From the NCBI GenBank assembly GCA_041687695.1, contig JAWLBL010000001.1, positions 259,461 through 323,460 on the forward strand: a stretch of DNA of 64,000 nucleotides, written 5' to 3'. The notes beneath the pieces were generated by a model, which saw nothing but the letters and a program-made list of their open reading frames with translations, ran no database searches and had not been told where the DNA came from. The position numbers and the translations under genes are program-made. Source of the DNA: Myxococcota bacterium (GTDB lineage Bacteria > Myxococcota_A > UBA9042 > PHBI01 > JAWLBL01). Shown one piece after another: positions 17,874-27,684 of this stretch; within the stretch, counting starts at the first letter, position 1; each line of letters starts with the position of its first letter.

Positions 17874-19232
17874 TCACAGACGCTCTCGCAGCCACGCGGC
17901 CAGAGCCTGCTGCGCCACCGCCTCCTGAGCGCCCGACTGCAGGTCCTTGACCGAGGCCTCTCCGCGCGCCCGCTCGTCGGGCCCCGCCAGGACCACCCAC
18001 CGGTAGCCCTTCTTCTCGGCGAACTTGAACTGCTTGCCGAGGCGGCCCGCCGACAGCGACATCTCCACCTTCAGCCCGGCCGACCGCAGCACGCGGGCCA
18101 GCCCCGCCATGGCCCCGAAGCCGGCCTCGTCGAACACGGCGACGTAGACGTCCGCGACGCCGGCCCGGCCCGCGACGAGCCCCATGTCCTCGAGCACGCT
18201 CAGCAGCCGGTCGACGCCCAGGCTGATGCCCACCGCGGGGATCGAGTCCTTGAGGAACATCCCCAGCAGCTCGTCGTACCGCCCGCCCGACATGACGCTG
18301 CCGAAGGACTCGCGCCCCGTCACGAAGGTCTCGTAGATCGTGCCCGTATAGTAGTCCAGCCCGCGCGCGATGCTCAGATCCACGGCGACATGCCCGCCGT
18401 AGCCGGCTTCGGCGACCAGCTCCAGCAACCGGATCAGCTCGTCCACGCCGCGCCGCCCGACGCTGCCCTCGGCGAAGCGCTCGCCCAGCCGCCGCACGTC
18501 GTCCAACGTGCGTACGCCGGCCTCCATGAACGCGAACGCCGCCTCGACGGCCGCGTCGTCCAGCCCGACCTCGCGGCGCAGCTCCTCGGCCACGCCTTCG
18601 CGCCCGATCTTCGGCAGCTTGTCGATGACCCGGAGCACGCCGTGGCGCCGCTCGGTCTCCTCGACCCCGAGCCCGTCCAGGAACCCGTCCAGGATCTTGC
18701 GGTTGTTCACCCGCATCTCGTAGCCGGGCACCCCCAGCGCCTCGAGCACCGCCAGGCCGACCATCATGCACTCGGCGTCCGCCACCATCGACGGCTCGCC
18801 GACGATGTCGACGTCACACTGGAGGAACTCGCGGAAGCGCCCGCGCGCCGGCTTCTCGGCCCGCCACACCGGCGCCATCTGATAGCGCCGGAACGGCCGC
18901 TCGAGGTTGCCGTGCTCGGCCACGACCCGCGCCAGCGGCACGGTCAGGTCGTAGCGCAGCGCCACGTCGCGCCCGCCGTTGTCCTCGAAGCGGTACAGCA
19001 GCTTGTCGCCTTCCTCGCCGTACTTGCCGAGAAGGACCTCGGCGTACTCGATGGCCGGCGTCGTCAGCGGGCCGAAGCCGAACGACTCGAAGACGTCCGC
19101 GATGCGGCGGAGCATCGCCTGACGCGGGATGTCGGCCTCGGGCAGATAGTCGCGGAACCCCTTGAGGGTCCGCGCCACGACCTTGCCGCTGCCGCCCTTG
19201 CCGGCCTGTGTGTCCTTGTCGCTCGAGCCCAT
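17874..19232 (-). CDS. hisS: histidine--tRNA ligase
   Basis: KGFRDYLP, LRYDLTVP, RGRFREFLQCDVD, RGLDYYTG, GGRYD, C-terminal anticodon-binding domain. Confidence 0.96.
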   Translation of the reverse strand: MGSSDKDTQAGKGGSGKVVARTLKGFRDYLPEADIPRQAMLRRIADVFESFGFGPLTTPAIEYAEVLLGKYGEEGDKLLYRFEDNGGRDVALRYDLTVPLARVVAEHGNLERPFRRYQMAPVWRAEKPARGRFREFLQCDVDIVGEPSMVADAECMMVGLAVLEALGVPGYEMRVNNRKILDGFLDGLGVEETERRHGVLRVIDKLPKIGREGVAEELRREVGLDDAAVEAAFAFMEAGVRTLDDVRRLGERFAEGSVGRRGVDELIRLLELVAEAGYGGHVAVDLSIARGLDYYTGTIYETFVTGRESFGSVMSGGRYDELLGMFLKDSIPAVGISLGVDRLLSVLEDMGLVAGRAGVADVYVAVFDEAGFGAMAGLARVLRSAGLKVEMSLSAGRLGKQFKFAEKKGYRWVVLAGPDERARGEASVKDLQSGAQEAVAQQALAAWLRERL

Positions 19233-19322
19233 GACGCGCCTCCGACCTCGTCCGTTTCGGCGGGACCGGTCTTCTAGTACGCTGCCGCCCTCGCAGCAAC
19301 CCTCCGTCGAGGCGCCCAGCCC

Positions 19323-20333
19323 ATGCCGTCGTTGCCGAACGTCCCACGCGTCCCGCTCGCCCACCTGCCCACCCCGGTCCAGCCGCTCCAGCGCCTGTCC
19401 GCCGAGGTCGACCTCGAGCTGCTCGTCAAGCGCGACGACCTGACCGGCAGCCACCTCTCCGGCAACAAGATCCGAAAGCTCGAGGTCCTGCTCGCCGAGG
19501 CCCTCGACCAGGGCGCCACCGACGTCCTGACCTGCGGCGGCGTCCAGAGCAACCACTGCCGCGCCACCGCCCTGGCCGCCGCGCCGCTCGGCCTGCACCC
19601 CCACCTCCTCCTCCGCACGCCGAACGGCCACCTGGGCGACCTGCCCGACCCGCCCACGGGCAACGTCCTGCTCGATCTCCTCGCCGGCGCCACCCTCGAG
19701 ACCTGCGATCCCGCCGGTTACCGCGACCGCGACCGCCTCCTCGCCGCCATGGCCCAGCGACTGCGCGACGCGGGCCGCCGCCCCTTCATCGTCCCCGAGG
19801 GCGGCTCCAACGCCGCCGGCGCCCTCGGCTACGTCCTCGCCGCCCAGGAGCTCGCCGACCAGCACGCCAGCGACCTGCCCGACGCCGTCGTCGTCGCCAC
19901 GGGCTCGGGCGGCACCGTCGCCGGCCTGGCCATCGGCATGAAGGCCCTCGGCCTGCCCACCCGCACCCTGGGCGTCGCCGTGTGCGACGACGCCGCGACC
20001 TTCCGCGCCATCGTCCACCGCATCTCCGCCGAGGCCACCCGCCGCTACGGGCTGCCGCGCCTCGACGACGCCGACTTCGACATCGTCGAGGGCTTCCAGG
20101 GCCGCGGCTACGCCCTGTCCAGCCCCGACGAGCTCGAGCTCCTGCGCGACACCGCCCGCCGCGACGGCCTCGTCCTCGACCCGGTCTACACCGTCAAGGC
20201 CTTCAAGGCCTTCCTGGCCCTCGCCCGCGCCGCCGACCCGCGCCTGGGCCGCCGCGCCCTCTTCCTGCACACCGGCGGCCTGTTCGGCCTCTTCCCCGCC
20301 GCCGCCGAACTGGCCCCGCACCTGAGCGCCTGA
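19323..20333 (+). CDS. D-cysteine desulfhydrase / ACC deaminase family PLP enzyme
   Basis: PTP, KRDD, SGNKIRKLE, GGVQSNH, PEGGSN, GSGGT, LDPVYT, LHTGG. Confidence 0.9.
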   Translation: MPSLPNVPRVPLAHLPTPVQPLQRLSAEVDLELLVKRDDLTGSHLSGNKIRKLEVLLAEALDQGATDVLTCGGVQSNHCRATALAAAPLGLHPHLLLRTPNGHLGDLPDPPTGNVLLDLLAGATLETCDPAGYRDRDRLLAAMAQRLRDAGRRPFIVPEGGSNAAGALGYVLAAQELADQHASDLPDAVVVATGSGGTVAGLAIGMKALGLPTRTLGVAVCDDAATFRAIVHRISAEATRRYGLPRLDDADFDIVEGFQGRGYALSSPDELELLRDTARRDGLVLDPVYTVKAFKAFLALARAADPRLGRRALFLHTGGLFGLFPAAAELAPHLSA

Positions 20334-20342
20334 CGCGCGTCC

Positions 20343-20407
20343 CGCGCCCGCTCCCTCCGCCTCCCACGCGCCCGCTCGCTCTTCCTCCCACGCGCCCGCT
20401 CGCTCCG
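20343..20407 (+). repeat. short 24-bp-period C-rich direct repeat (about 3 copies)
   Basis: CCTCCCACGCGCCCGCTCGCTC at 20360 and 20384 plus a partial copy at 20343. Confidence 0.7.
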
Positions 20408-20552
20408 CCCCTCGGCGGAATGGCGCTACGGTAGGACCAGTTCCCGAGGTGTAGGCCACCCCACGCCCGCCACCCGCTCGCCCGCTCTCGCGGCGCCAGC
20501 GCTCGGCCGGACTCGTGGGGCGCCCCCTCGCCCTCACGCCCACGGCACCGCC

Positions 20553-21269
20553 ATGTCGACAACGCTCCCGCTCGCCCTGGGCGCGCTGGCCGCCAGCCTC
20601 GCCGCCGCCGCGGTGTGGCTGACCTACTGGTTCACGCGCACCCCGCTCGGACCGCCGCGCGCCCGCCCCTGCCTCCTCTTCTTCCTCGCCGGCGCCCTCG
20701 CCGCGCCCCTCGCCCTCGGCGCCTTCTCGCTGCTCGAGCTGTCACCCTTCTACGCCCGGCTCGCCGCGGTCGACGAAGTGCCCCACTTCGAGCAGCTGGC
20801 CTACAGCCTGGTGGCCATCGGCCCGGTCGAGGAGCTGGCCAAGCTGGCGGTGGTCCTCCTCGCCCTCCGCCTGCTCCCGCGCTCGCAGGACCTCCGCGGC
20901 CCCGGCCCCCTCTTCGCCCTCGCCGCCGCCATCGGCTTCGCCACCGTCGAGTCGGCCCTGTTCAGCTTCACCGTGGGGACGGTCGACTGGGCGCGCACGC
21001 TGCTGCTGCCCTTCACCCACGCGCTCTTCACCGGCCTGTGGGGCGTGACGCTCAGCCGCCACGACCCGCGCGTCCCCGGCGGCACCGGCCTGCTGCTGGC
21101 CGCGCTCACCGCCGGCATGCTCGTCCACGGCCTGTACGATTTCATCCTGATGTCGCCGCGCGTGGCCTCCGCCTGGATCTTGCCCCTGCTGCTGGCCGCC
21201 TGGGCCTACCAGCGCGTCGCCCTCTCCCGCCTCGCCGGGTCTCCAGCCGGCGTCCCCTCGCGGGCCTGA
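20553..21269 (+). CDS. PrsW-family intramembrane metalloprotease
   Basis: Multi-TM; VEELAK, GFATVES, HALFTG, HGLYD motifs. Confidence 0.85.
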   Translation: MSTTLPLALGALAASLAAAAVWLTYWFTRTPLGPPRARPCLLFFLAGALAAPLALGAFSLLELSPFYARLAAVDEVPHFEQLAYSLVAIGPVEELAKLAVVLLALRLLPRSQDLRGPGPLFALAAAIGFATVESALFSFTVGTVDWARTLLLPFTHALFTGLWGVTLSRHDPRVPGGTGLLLAALTAGMLVHGLYDFILMSPRVASAWILPLLLAAWAYQRVALSRLAGSPAGVPSRA

Positions 21270-21303
21270 AACGAAAACGGCGCCCTCCCGAAGGAAGGCG
21301 CCG
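21268..21303 (-). terminator. intrinsic terminator between convergent genes
   Basis: Stem CGGCGCC..GGCGCCG (21278-21303) followed on the minus strand by TTTTCGTTTC. Confidence 0.65.
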
Positions 21304-21330
21304 CGTTCGCAGGCCGAGAGCGCCAGGGGC

Positions 21331-22566
21331 TCAGTAGGTCTCTTGCTGCGAGTGCTCCTGCAGCTTCTTCTGCAGGGCGTCCCACTTGGCGGCCGCGGCC
21401 ACCTTCTCGAGCTCCTTCACCGCCGTCGCCAGCCGGTTGTAGGCGACCAGCTTCACCGACTGGGCCTGCTCCTCGAAGATGGGCTTGAGGTCGAGGCGCA
21501 TGAAGTCGGTCGAGACGATCTCGATCTCCTCCTTCGCGCCGACCGCCTTGACCTTCATCTTGTAGGCGGTCAGCTGGTTCTGCGGGTTGGCGGGATCGGG
21601 GATGGCCGAGGCCTCCATCTGACCGATGCTGGCCAGCCACAGGCCACGCGCGACCGGGATCTTCACCTCGCCGACCGGCCGGTCGAAGCGCTCGACCGCC
21701 AGGTTGCGCTCGACGGCGCCCTCGCCGACGAGGGTCAGCGGCAGCAGCGTCTTGGCCTCGTCCAGGGTCAGCCCGAGGCGCTCGTGAAGCAGCTGCGTCG
21801 ACAGCGCGAAGCGCGCCACGTCCGCGGCGATCTCGGGGTTGGCCGCCGAACGCCCGACGGCGTCGTCGATCGCGAAGGCGACGTTCTCGCCGTGGTAGCC
21901 CTGCAGCTTCTCGATGAGCGGCGCCAGGATGGGCTCGAGCTTGTCGACCAGTTCGAAGGGCCGCTCGGCGTTGATCGTCGCCGCGACCGCGTCGATGTCC
22001 TTCGCCGCGCCGGCCAGCGCCGCCTGGATCTCGATGAGCTTGTTGATCTTCGACCCGCCGGTGGTCGTCTTCGCTTCCTGGAAGTACTTCAGCTTGTCCT
22101 TGGCCTCGAAGACCGCGGCGTTGTGGGCCTCGCGCTCACCCATCGCGCTGCCCATGATCCGGCCCAGCACGAACGCCAGCAGGCCGACGACGGCGGCCAC
22201 GACCAACAGCTGGACCAGCTTGCCCTTGCCCTGTCCGGGGACGACGTCGAGCCCCTTCAGATCGAGGTCCGCGCCGGGCAGCGGCCCGGGCGCCGGCGTC
22301 CGATCCTGGCCCATCAGCCCGAAGTCCTCGACCGCCGGCCCCGCCTTGGCCAGCTCGGCCTCGGCCCGCGCCCGCGCCTCCTCGACGGCGGCCTGCGCCG
22401 CGGCGCCATCGTCGGCGGGGGTCGCGCTCGCGGCCGTCGGCGCCGCGCCCGGCGGCGGCCCGGTCGGCTTGTTGACGCGCCGCTTGAGCCCCAGGCGGGC
22501 CTTCAGATCCGAGGCGTCCAGCACCTCTCCGGCTCCACCCTCGTTCTTTTCGTCGCTGCCCGCCAA
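21331..22566 (-). CDS. hypothetical single-pass membrane protein
   Basis: Probable TTG start after GGAGG; DLKARLGL + Pro/Ala-rich N-terminus, one TM (LVQLLVVAAVVGLLAFVLG), helical C-terminal part; strong GC3 bias. Confidence 0.75.
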   Translation of the reverse strand: MAGSDEKNEGGAGEVLDASDLKARLGLKRRVNKPTGPPPGAAPTAASATPADDGAAAQAAVEEARARAEAELAKAGPAVEDFGLMGQDRTPAPGPLPGADLDLKGLDVVPGQGKGKLVQLLVVAAVVGLLAFVLGRIMGSAMGEREAHNAAVFEAKDKLKYFQEAKTTTGGSKINKLIEIQAALAGAAKDIDAVAATINAERPFELVDKLEPILAPLIEKLQGYHGENVAFAIDDAVGRSAANPEIAADVARFALSTQLLHERLGLTLDEAKTLLPLTLVGEGAVERNLAVERFDRPVGEVKIPVARGLWLASIGQMEASAIPDPANPQNQLTAYKMKVKAVGAKEEIEIVSTDFMRLDLKPIFEEQAQSVKLVAYNRLATAVKELEKVAAAAKWDALQKKLQEHSQQETY

Positions 22567-22756
22567 GGAACCCTCCGTAATCAAAAGACGTCCCGCCGCC
22601 ACGGTAGCACTTGACCGACCTCTGTCAAGCCGAGCCGGGACGCGGCCCGGCCCGGTTGTATCCTCCTCGTCCGACGTCCGCCACGCTGGGGTCGGACTCG
22701 TTGCACGCTGCCGAAACTTCGCCTCCTCGATGACCCCGCGATAGGCTCGTCGGCCT

Positions 22757-24220
22757 ATGAGCCTCGCCCCCGAAGAAGCCGACGTCCGCCGCCCCCCGCC
22801 CCCCGTCGACTGGACCCACGTCCGGCGGGTCCACCTCCTCGGCATCTGCGGCAGCGCCATGGGCGCCCTCGCCCAGATGCTGGTCAAGCGCGGCTTCGAG
22901 GTCCGCGGCTCCGACACGGGCGCCTACCCGCCGATGTCGACGACCCTCGCCGCGCTCGGCGTGCAGGTCATGGAGGGCTACCATCCCGACAACCTCGACT
23001 GGGCACCCGACGTGGTCGTCGTCGGCAACGTGATGCGGCCGACCTACCCGGAGGCGGTGGCCATGCGCGAGCGCGGGCTGCCCCACTGCTCGCTGCCCCA
23101 GGCCCTGTCGGCCCTGTTCATCGCCGGCCGCCACAGCGTCGTCGTCACGGGCACCCACGGCAAGACGACGACCAGCGCCATGACGGCCTGGCTCCTGCAC
23201 CAGGCCGGCTTCGACCCGGGGTTCATGATCGGTGGCATCACCGGCAACTTCGGCGCCAACCACCGCGTCTCCGACGGCCCCGTCTTCCTGGTCGAGGGCG
23301 ACGAGTACGACACCGCCTACTTCGACAAGGGCCCGAAGTTCCTGCACTACCAGCCCCGCACCGCCTCGGTGAACAACATCGAGTTCGACCACGCGGACAT
23401 CTACCCCGACGTGCAGACCATCGAGGCCGCCTTCGCGCGCTTCGCCGCCCTGCTCCCGCCCGACGGCCACCTCGTCGTCCCCGCCACCGACGCCCGCGCC
23501 CGCCGCGTCGCCGCCGGCAGCCCGGCCACCGTTTGGACCTTCGGACGGCAGGACGCCGACGTCCGCGCCACCGACGTGACCGCCGGCCCGGAGGGGACCC
23601 GCTTCATGCTCCACCTGCCGGGCGCCGCGCCCGTCTCCGCCCTGGTGCCGACCTGGGGCGATCACAACGTGGACAACGCGCTCACCGCCGCCGCGCTGAC
23701 CTACGCCGTCGGCGGCTCGCCCGAGGCCATCGCCGCGGGCCTGACGACCTTCGCGCTGCCCCGCAAGCGCCAGGAGCTGCGCGGCGTCGCCGACGACGTC
23801 CCGGTCATCGACGACTTCGCCCACCACCCGACCGCCATCCGCGAGACGATCCGCGCCGTCCGCCTGCGCTACCCCGGGCGACGCCTCCTCGCGCTGTTCG
23901 AGATCGAGTCGAACACGTCCCGACGCCGCGTCTTCCAGCAGGGCTTCGCCGAGGCCCTGGGCCAGGCCGACGCCGTCTGGTTCTGTAGGCCACTCGAGAA
24001 GAAGGACAACCTGCCCCCCGCCGAGCGCCTCGACCTCGGCGAGCTGGTGGCCGCGCTGGAGCGCGCCGGAACGCCCGCGTGCGTGGTCCCCGACATCGAC
24101 GATCTGGCGGATGCCGTGGTCGCCCAGGCGCGCCCCGGCGAGGACGTCATCCTCGCCATGAGCGGCCGTGACTTCCACGGCGTGCACCAGCGGCTGCTCG
24201 ATCGCCTGGCGGCCCGCTGA
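22757..24220 (+). CDS. mpl: UDP-N-acetylmuramate:L-alanyl-gamma-D-glutamyl-meso-diaminopimelate ligase (murein peptide ligase)
   Basis: GICGSAMGALA, GSD..AYPPMS, GTHGKTTT, EGDEYDTAYFDKGPKF, EFDHADIY, DDFAHHPTAI. Confidence 0.9.
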   Translation: MSLAPEEADVRRPPPPVDWTHVRRVHLLGICGSAMGALAQMLVKRGFEVRGSDTGAYPPMSTTLAALGVQVMEGYHPDNLDWAPDVVVVGNVMRPTYPEAVAMRERGLPHCSLPQALSALFIAGRHSVVVTGTHGKTTTSAMTAWLLHQAGFDPGFMIGGITGNFGANHRVSDGPVFLVEGDEYDTAYFDKGPKFLHYQPRTASVNNIEFDHADIYPDVQTIEAAFARFAALLPPDGHLVVPATDARARRVAAGSPATVWTFGRQDADVRATDVTAGPEGTRFMLHLPGAAPVSALVPTWGDHNVDNALTAAALTYAVGGSPEAIAAGLTTFALPRKRQELRGVADDVPVIDDFAHHPTAIRETIRAVRLRYPGRRLLALFEIESNTSRRRVFQQGFAEALGQADAVWFCRPLEKKDNLPPAERLDLGELVAALERAGTPACVVPDIDDLADAVVAQARPGEDVILAMSGRDFHGVHQRLLDRLAAR

Positions 24221-24235
24221 GGGGGCCAGGGCGTC

Positions 24236-25954
24236 TCAGAAGGTCCAGGCCATCAGGCCGCGCAGCGCGAACACCGTGTCGGGCGAGGCGCCGGTGGCCT
24301 CGTCGTCCAGCGCCCCCATCGGGAACAGCACGCCCCCGGTCAGGCTGGCGGTGACCCCTGCGCTCGTCTCGAGCGACAGACGACCGTCCAGCTCGATGCC
24401 GTAGTGCCGGTCTCTGCCGGGGGTCCCGTCGACCTCCCACGCGGCGGCGTACATCGCGTCGAGGCGCGCGGTGACCTTCACGTCCTCGGCGTCCAGCAGC
24501 GAGTAGCCGATCCAGGGCTTGGCATAGATGGCGTTGGTCACGCCCCCGATGATCTGACGGAACAGGATCAGGTCGACCCGATAGTCGCGGTGGAACCAGA
24601 AGGCGGTCACGTCGCGGTTCGCGCGCGCCAGCACGTCGTCGGCATCGGCGACCACGATCGCCTGCCCGTCGACGAAGCCGAAGACGGGCCGGTCGTCGCC
24701 GGTCGCGAAGCCGGCGTCCAGCCCGAAGGACAGGCTGCTGTCGACCATCTCGGCCTCGAGCGCGCCGCCGAAGCCCGACAGATCCTTGGGGGCCTGCCCG
24801 ACCTCGCCCAGCAGATCGGCCTGGTCGTCGACCACCGCCAGGGTGTTGTCGATCTCGCCGATGAGGCCCGCCACCTCGGCGCCGATCCGCCACGAGCGCG
24901 TCAGGCTGGGGCGCCCCTCGAGCCGCACCCAGGCGCCCGGGCGCCAGATGAAGACGTCCCGCGGCACCAGCTGCCAGCACTCCCAGGGCACCGCGACGAC
25001 GTTGGTGCCGGTCGCACCGAAGGCCTCGCAGCCCAGGCGGTTGGGCAGCTGGTCGACGCTCGACAGGTCCTGCGTCCGGAACGACGAGAACAGGCCGAAG
25101 TCGAAGCCCAAGCCGCGCCGCTCGTTGAGCAACCGCTCGCGGGACTCGCGGTCGGCCGCCGTGACCGGCCGGCTCTCGACCCGGACCGTGAAGGTCGTGA
25201 CGTCGTCCGCCTGCCCGAGATCCTTGGGTTGGCCCTCCCAGTTGGGCCGGGCCGTGGTCGCGCCGGTCGCGGTGTACTCCCAGATGCCCTCGAGGCGCAG
25301 CCCGTACAACGTGAGCCCCAGCCGGACCCCGTCGACGATGGTCCCGAAGTCGCAGTCCAGGCAGTCGCCGTCGTTGCGTGAGATCCCGAGCCCAAGCTCG
25401 TCGGGCATCCTCCCGAAGCCCAGGTCGAGCACGTTCCACAGGTTCCACGTGCCGTACAGGTAGCGGACGCGCGCCGAGCTCTGCCAGCCCGACCAGACCG
25501 CCGGCGGCGGGGCCTGGGAGTCGTCCCAGAGCCCGCGGTCGAAGGCGCCGCCCGCGTTGACGTGCGTCGAGCCGAGCACGACGTTGTCGAGCGCGTCGAT
25601 GTTCGCGTGCACGGCCAGGTTGGGCCCGAGCCACAGGCTCGGCAGGTACCGCAGCCGAATCGAGGCCCATCCGAGGGTGTCCTCGTCCAGCGCGCCGCCC
25701 GTCGCGAGCGCCTCGATGGGAGGGGGCACGGCGCTCTGCGGCAGCCCGAGGTCACCGCCCACGATCAGCTCGGGGCGGAAGCGGAAGCTCCCCCGATGCT
25801 CGAACCAGAGCGGCCTGCGGACGTCCACGAACGGAGGCCCGTCGGCGGCGTCGGCCTCGGCGGGCTCTCCGGTCCAGATCGTCTGCGCCCAGGCGGGGGA
25901 GAGCCACGACGCGACCAGCAGCGTGACGCCCCACCCGACCGTAAGTTTCGGCAT
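24236..25954 (-). CDS. TIGR04551-like outer-membrane beta-barrel protein (paralog 1)
   Basis: Signal peptide, HRGSFRFRPEL, DALDNVVLGST, DGDCLDCDFG, FHRDYRVDLILFRQIIG, C-terminal aromatic WTF; family recognised from memory. Confidence 0.75.
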   Translation of the reverse strand: MPKLTVGWGVTLLVASWLSPAWAQTIWTGEPAEADAADGPPFVDVRRPLWFEHRGSFRFRPELIVGGDLGLPQSAVPPPIEALATGGALDEDTLGWASIRLRYLPSLWLGPNLAVHANIDALDNVVLGSTHVNAGGAFDRGLWDDSQAPPPAVWSGWQSSARVRYLYGTWNLWNVLDLGFGRMPDELGLGISRNDGDCLDCDFGTIVDGVRLGLTLYGLRLEGIWEYTATGATTARPNWEGQPKDLGQADDVTTFTVRVESRPVTAADRESRERLLNERRGLGFDFGLFSSFRTQDLSSVDQLPNRLGCEAFGATGTNVVAVPWECWQLVPRDVFIWRPGAWVRLEGRPSLTRSWRIGAEVAGLIGEIDNTLAVVDDQADLLGEVGQAPKDLSGFGGALEAEMVDSSLSFGLDAGFATGDDRPVFGFVDGQAIVVADADDVLARANRDVTAFWFHRDYRVDLILFRQIIGGVTNAIYAKPWIGYSLLDAEDVKVTARLDAMYAAAWEVDGTPGRDRHYGIELDGRLSLETSAGVTASLTGGVLFPMGALDDEATGASPDTVFALRGLMAWTF

Positions 25955-26449
25955 GCGGTCCTCGGTAGCCGACATAGGGATGGCTTGCCCCGCCGACCCC
26001 GATCCCGCCGTCGCCTCCGTCTGTCGCCGGAGCGTGTGGTCCCGCCCGCGGGCGCGCCTCCCGGTCACCTCGCGTCGCCGGCCAGAAGCCGGGCGGCGTG
26101 GATGACCCGGGCTCGCGCGCCGCGTCCTGCGGCACGTCCGTCGCCGTCGCGACGAAGTCGATGGGGAAACCCGGGCTAGCTGAGCGGGGCGCATCCTAGA
26201 TGGTGAGCCGCCCCTGCGCAACGTTCGCACGTCCAAGCCCGGGTCCGGACAGCGCGATGGGCCGCGCCCCGCGCGGCGCCGCGCCCTCTCGACGACCGAT
26301 CCCCCGCCCTCGCCGCTGGCGCGCCCCGGAGGTCGTAAGCACCGCCGACTTTTTTAGAATACCCCTGCCGAGCCCGCGTCTGACGCCCCGCCATCGGTCA
26401 CCGCCCGCTCCCTGCCGCGGCCCTGACCCTCCCCTCCGTGAGGTCGACG

Positions 26450-27271
26450 ATGAAGCCCAACCTGCTGACCGCCACCACGCTGCTCGCCGCGCTGGCCATC
26501 CTCCCCGCCACGGCGTCCGAGGCCCAGGCCCATCCGGCGCCCTATCCGCACCGCCACGTCTACCGCCCGGCCCCGCGCGTCCGCTACCACGCGCCGGTCG
26601 TCCGCGTCCGCCGCCCGCCGGTCGTCATCGTCGAGGAGCCGGCCCCGGTGACCGTCGTCCGGCGCCCGCCGCCGACCGAGCAGCCCGCCCGCCCCGAGCC
26701 GCAGCAGCTGCTGGGCGTCGGCCTGCGCCTGTCGTCGGCCAGCATCGAGGGCTCCAAGGCCGGCCTGTCGGCCGACGAGAACCCCACCATGGGCGGCATC
26801 GGCCTGCAGGTGCGCTCGCGCTTCGATCGCCACCTCGGCCTCGAGCTCTCGATCGACAGCCTCGGCGGCAGCGGCGAGGACTTCGAGCAGAGCACCGTGC
26901 CGGTCATGGCCGCCCTGACCTACCACCTGTTCCCCGAGTCGCGCCTGCAGCCCTACGTCCTCGGCGGCCTCGGCGTGCACTTCACCCGGCTGTCCTATCT
27001 CGAGGGCAAGTACGCCATCGACAGCGCGGATCTGGCCGGCCAGCTCGGCGGCGGCCTCGAGCTCTTCCTCAGCCGCAGCCTGTCGCTGCACGCCGATCTC
27101 CGCGGGCAGACCATCTTCAACAACCTCGACTCGCAGGAGCGGGTCCGTGAGGACTGCCTGGCCCAGGTCGGCAACCTGCAGGGCTTCTGCGACGGCATCC
27201 AGCGCGCCGACGCCGAGGACAAGATGAACCTCGGCCTGCAGCTCCAGGCCGGCGCGACCCTGTACTTCTGA
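26450..27271 (+). CDS. small outer-membrane beta-barrel protein with Pro/Arg/His-rich N-terminal region
   Basis: Signal peptide; alternating beta-strands LQPYVLGGLG, GQLGGGLEL; C-terminal TLYF. Confidence 0.75.
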   Translation: MKPNLLTATTLLAALAILPATASEAQAHPAPYPHRHVYRPAPRVRYHAPVVRVRRPPVVIVEEPAPVTVVRRPPPTEQPARPEPQQLLGVGLRLSSASIEGSKAGLSADENPTMGGIGLQVRSRFDRHLGLELSIDSLGGSGEDFEQSTVPVMAALTYHLFPESRLQPYVLGGLGVHFTRLSYLEGKYAIDSADLAGQLGGGLELFLSRSLSLHADLRGQTIFNNLDSQERVREDCLAQVGNLQGFCDGIQRADAEDKMNLGLQLQAGATLYF

Positions 27272-27320
27272 GCGCGACCCGACCCACGCAGGCGCGGCGA
27301 CCGGGACACATGCCCGGTCG

Positions 27321-27649
27321 CCGCGGTCGTTTCGAACGCGCTATGAGGCCCGAACGGGCGACCGGACGTCCGGAGTCGCGACCACCGCGGTCGTTTCGAA
27401 CGCGCTACGGGGCCCGAACGGGCGACCGGACGTCCGGAGTCGCGGCCACCGCGGTCTTTTCGAACGGGCGACGGGGCCCGAACGGGCGAACTGGACGTAC
27501 GGAGTCGCGGCCACCGCGGTCGTCTCGAACGGGCGGAGGGGCCCGAACGGGCGACTGGGCGCACGGAGTCGCGGCCACCGCGGTCGTCTCGAACGGGCGG
27601 AGGGGCCCGAACGGGCGGGCTGGGCGTACGGAGTCGCGGCCACCGCGGT
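27321..27649. repeat. tandem array of five 64-65-bp palindrome-rich units (no unique spacers)
   Basis: Units start at 27321, 27385, 27449, 27514, 27578; consensus CCGCGGTCGTYTCGAACGSGC..GGGGCCCGAACGGGCG.CYGGRCG..CGGAGTCGCGGCCA; intergenic between convergent genes. Confidence 0.92.
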
Positions 27650-27684
27650 TTGTCCCGCGCGCTGGGCGCGGGACCTTCACGGCG

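Noticed and set aside
17874..19232. hisZ (regulatory subunit for short HisG)
   Set aside because: Retains complete HisRS motifs and the C-terminal anticodon-binding domain.
27321..27649. CRISPR array
   Set aside because: The period is CRISPR-like (64-65 bp), but the whole unit is repeated with no unique spacers, no AT-rich leader and no cas genes.
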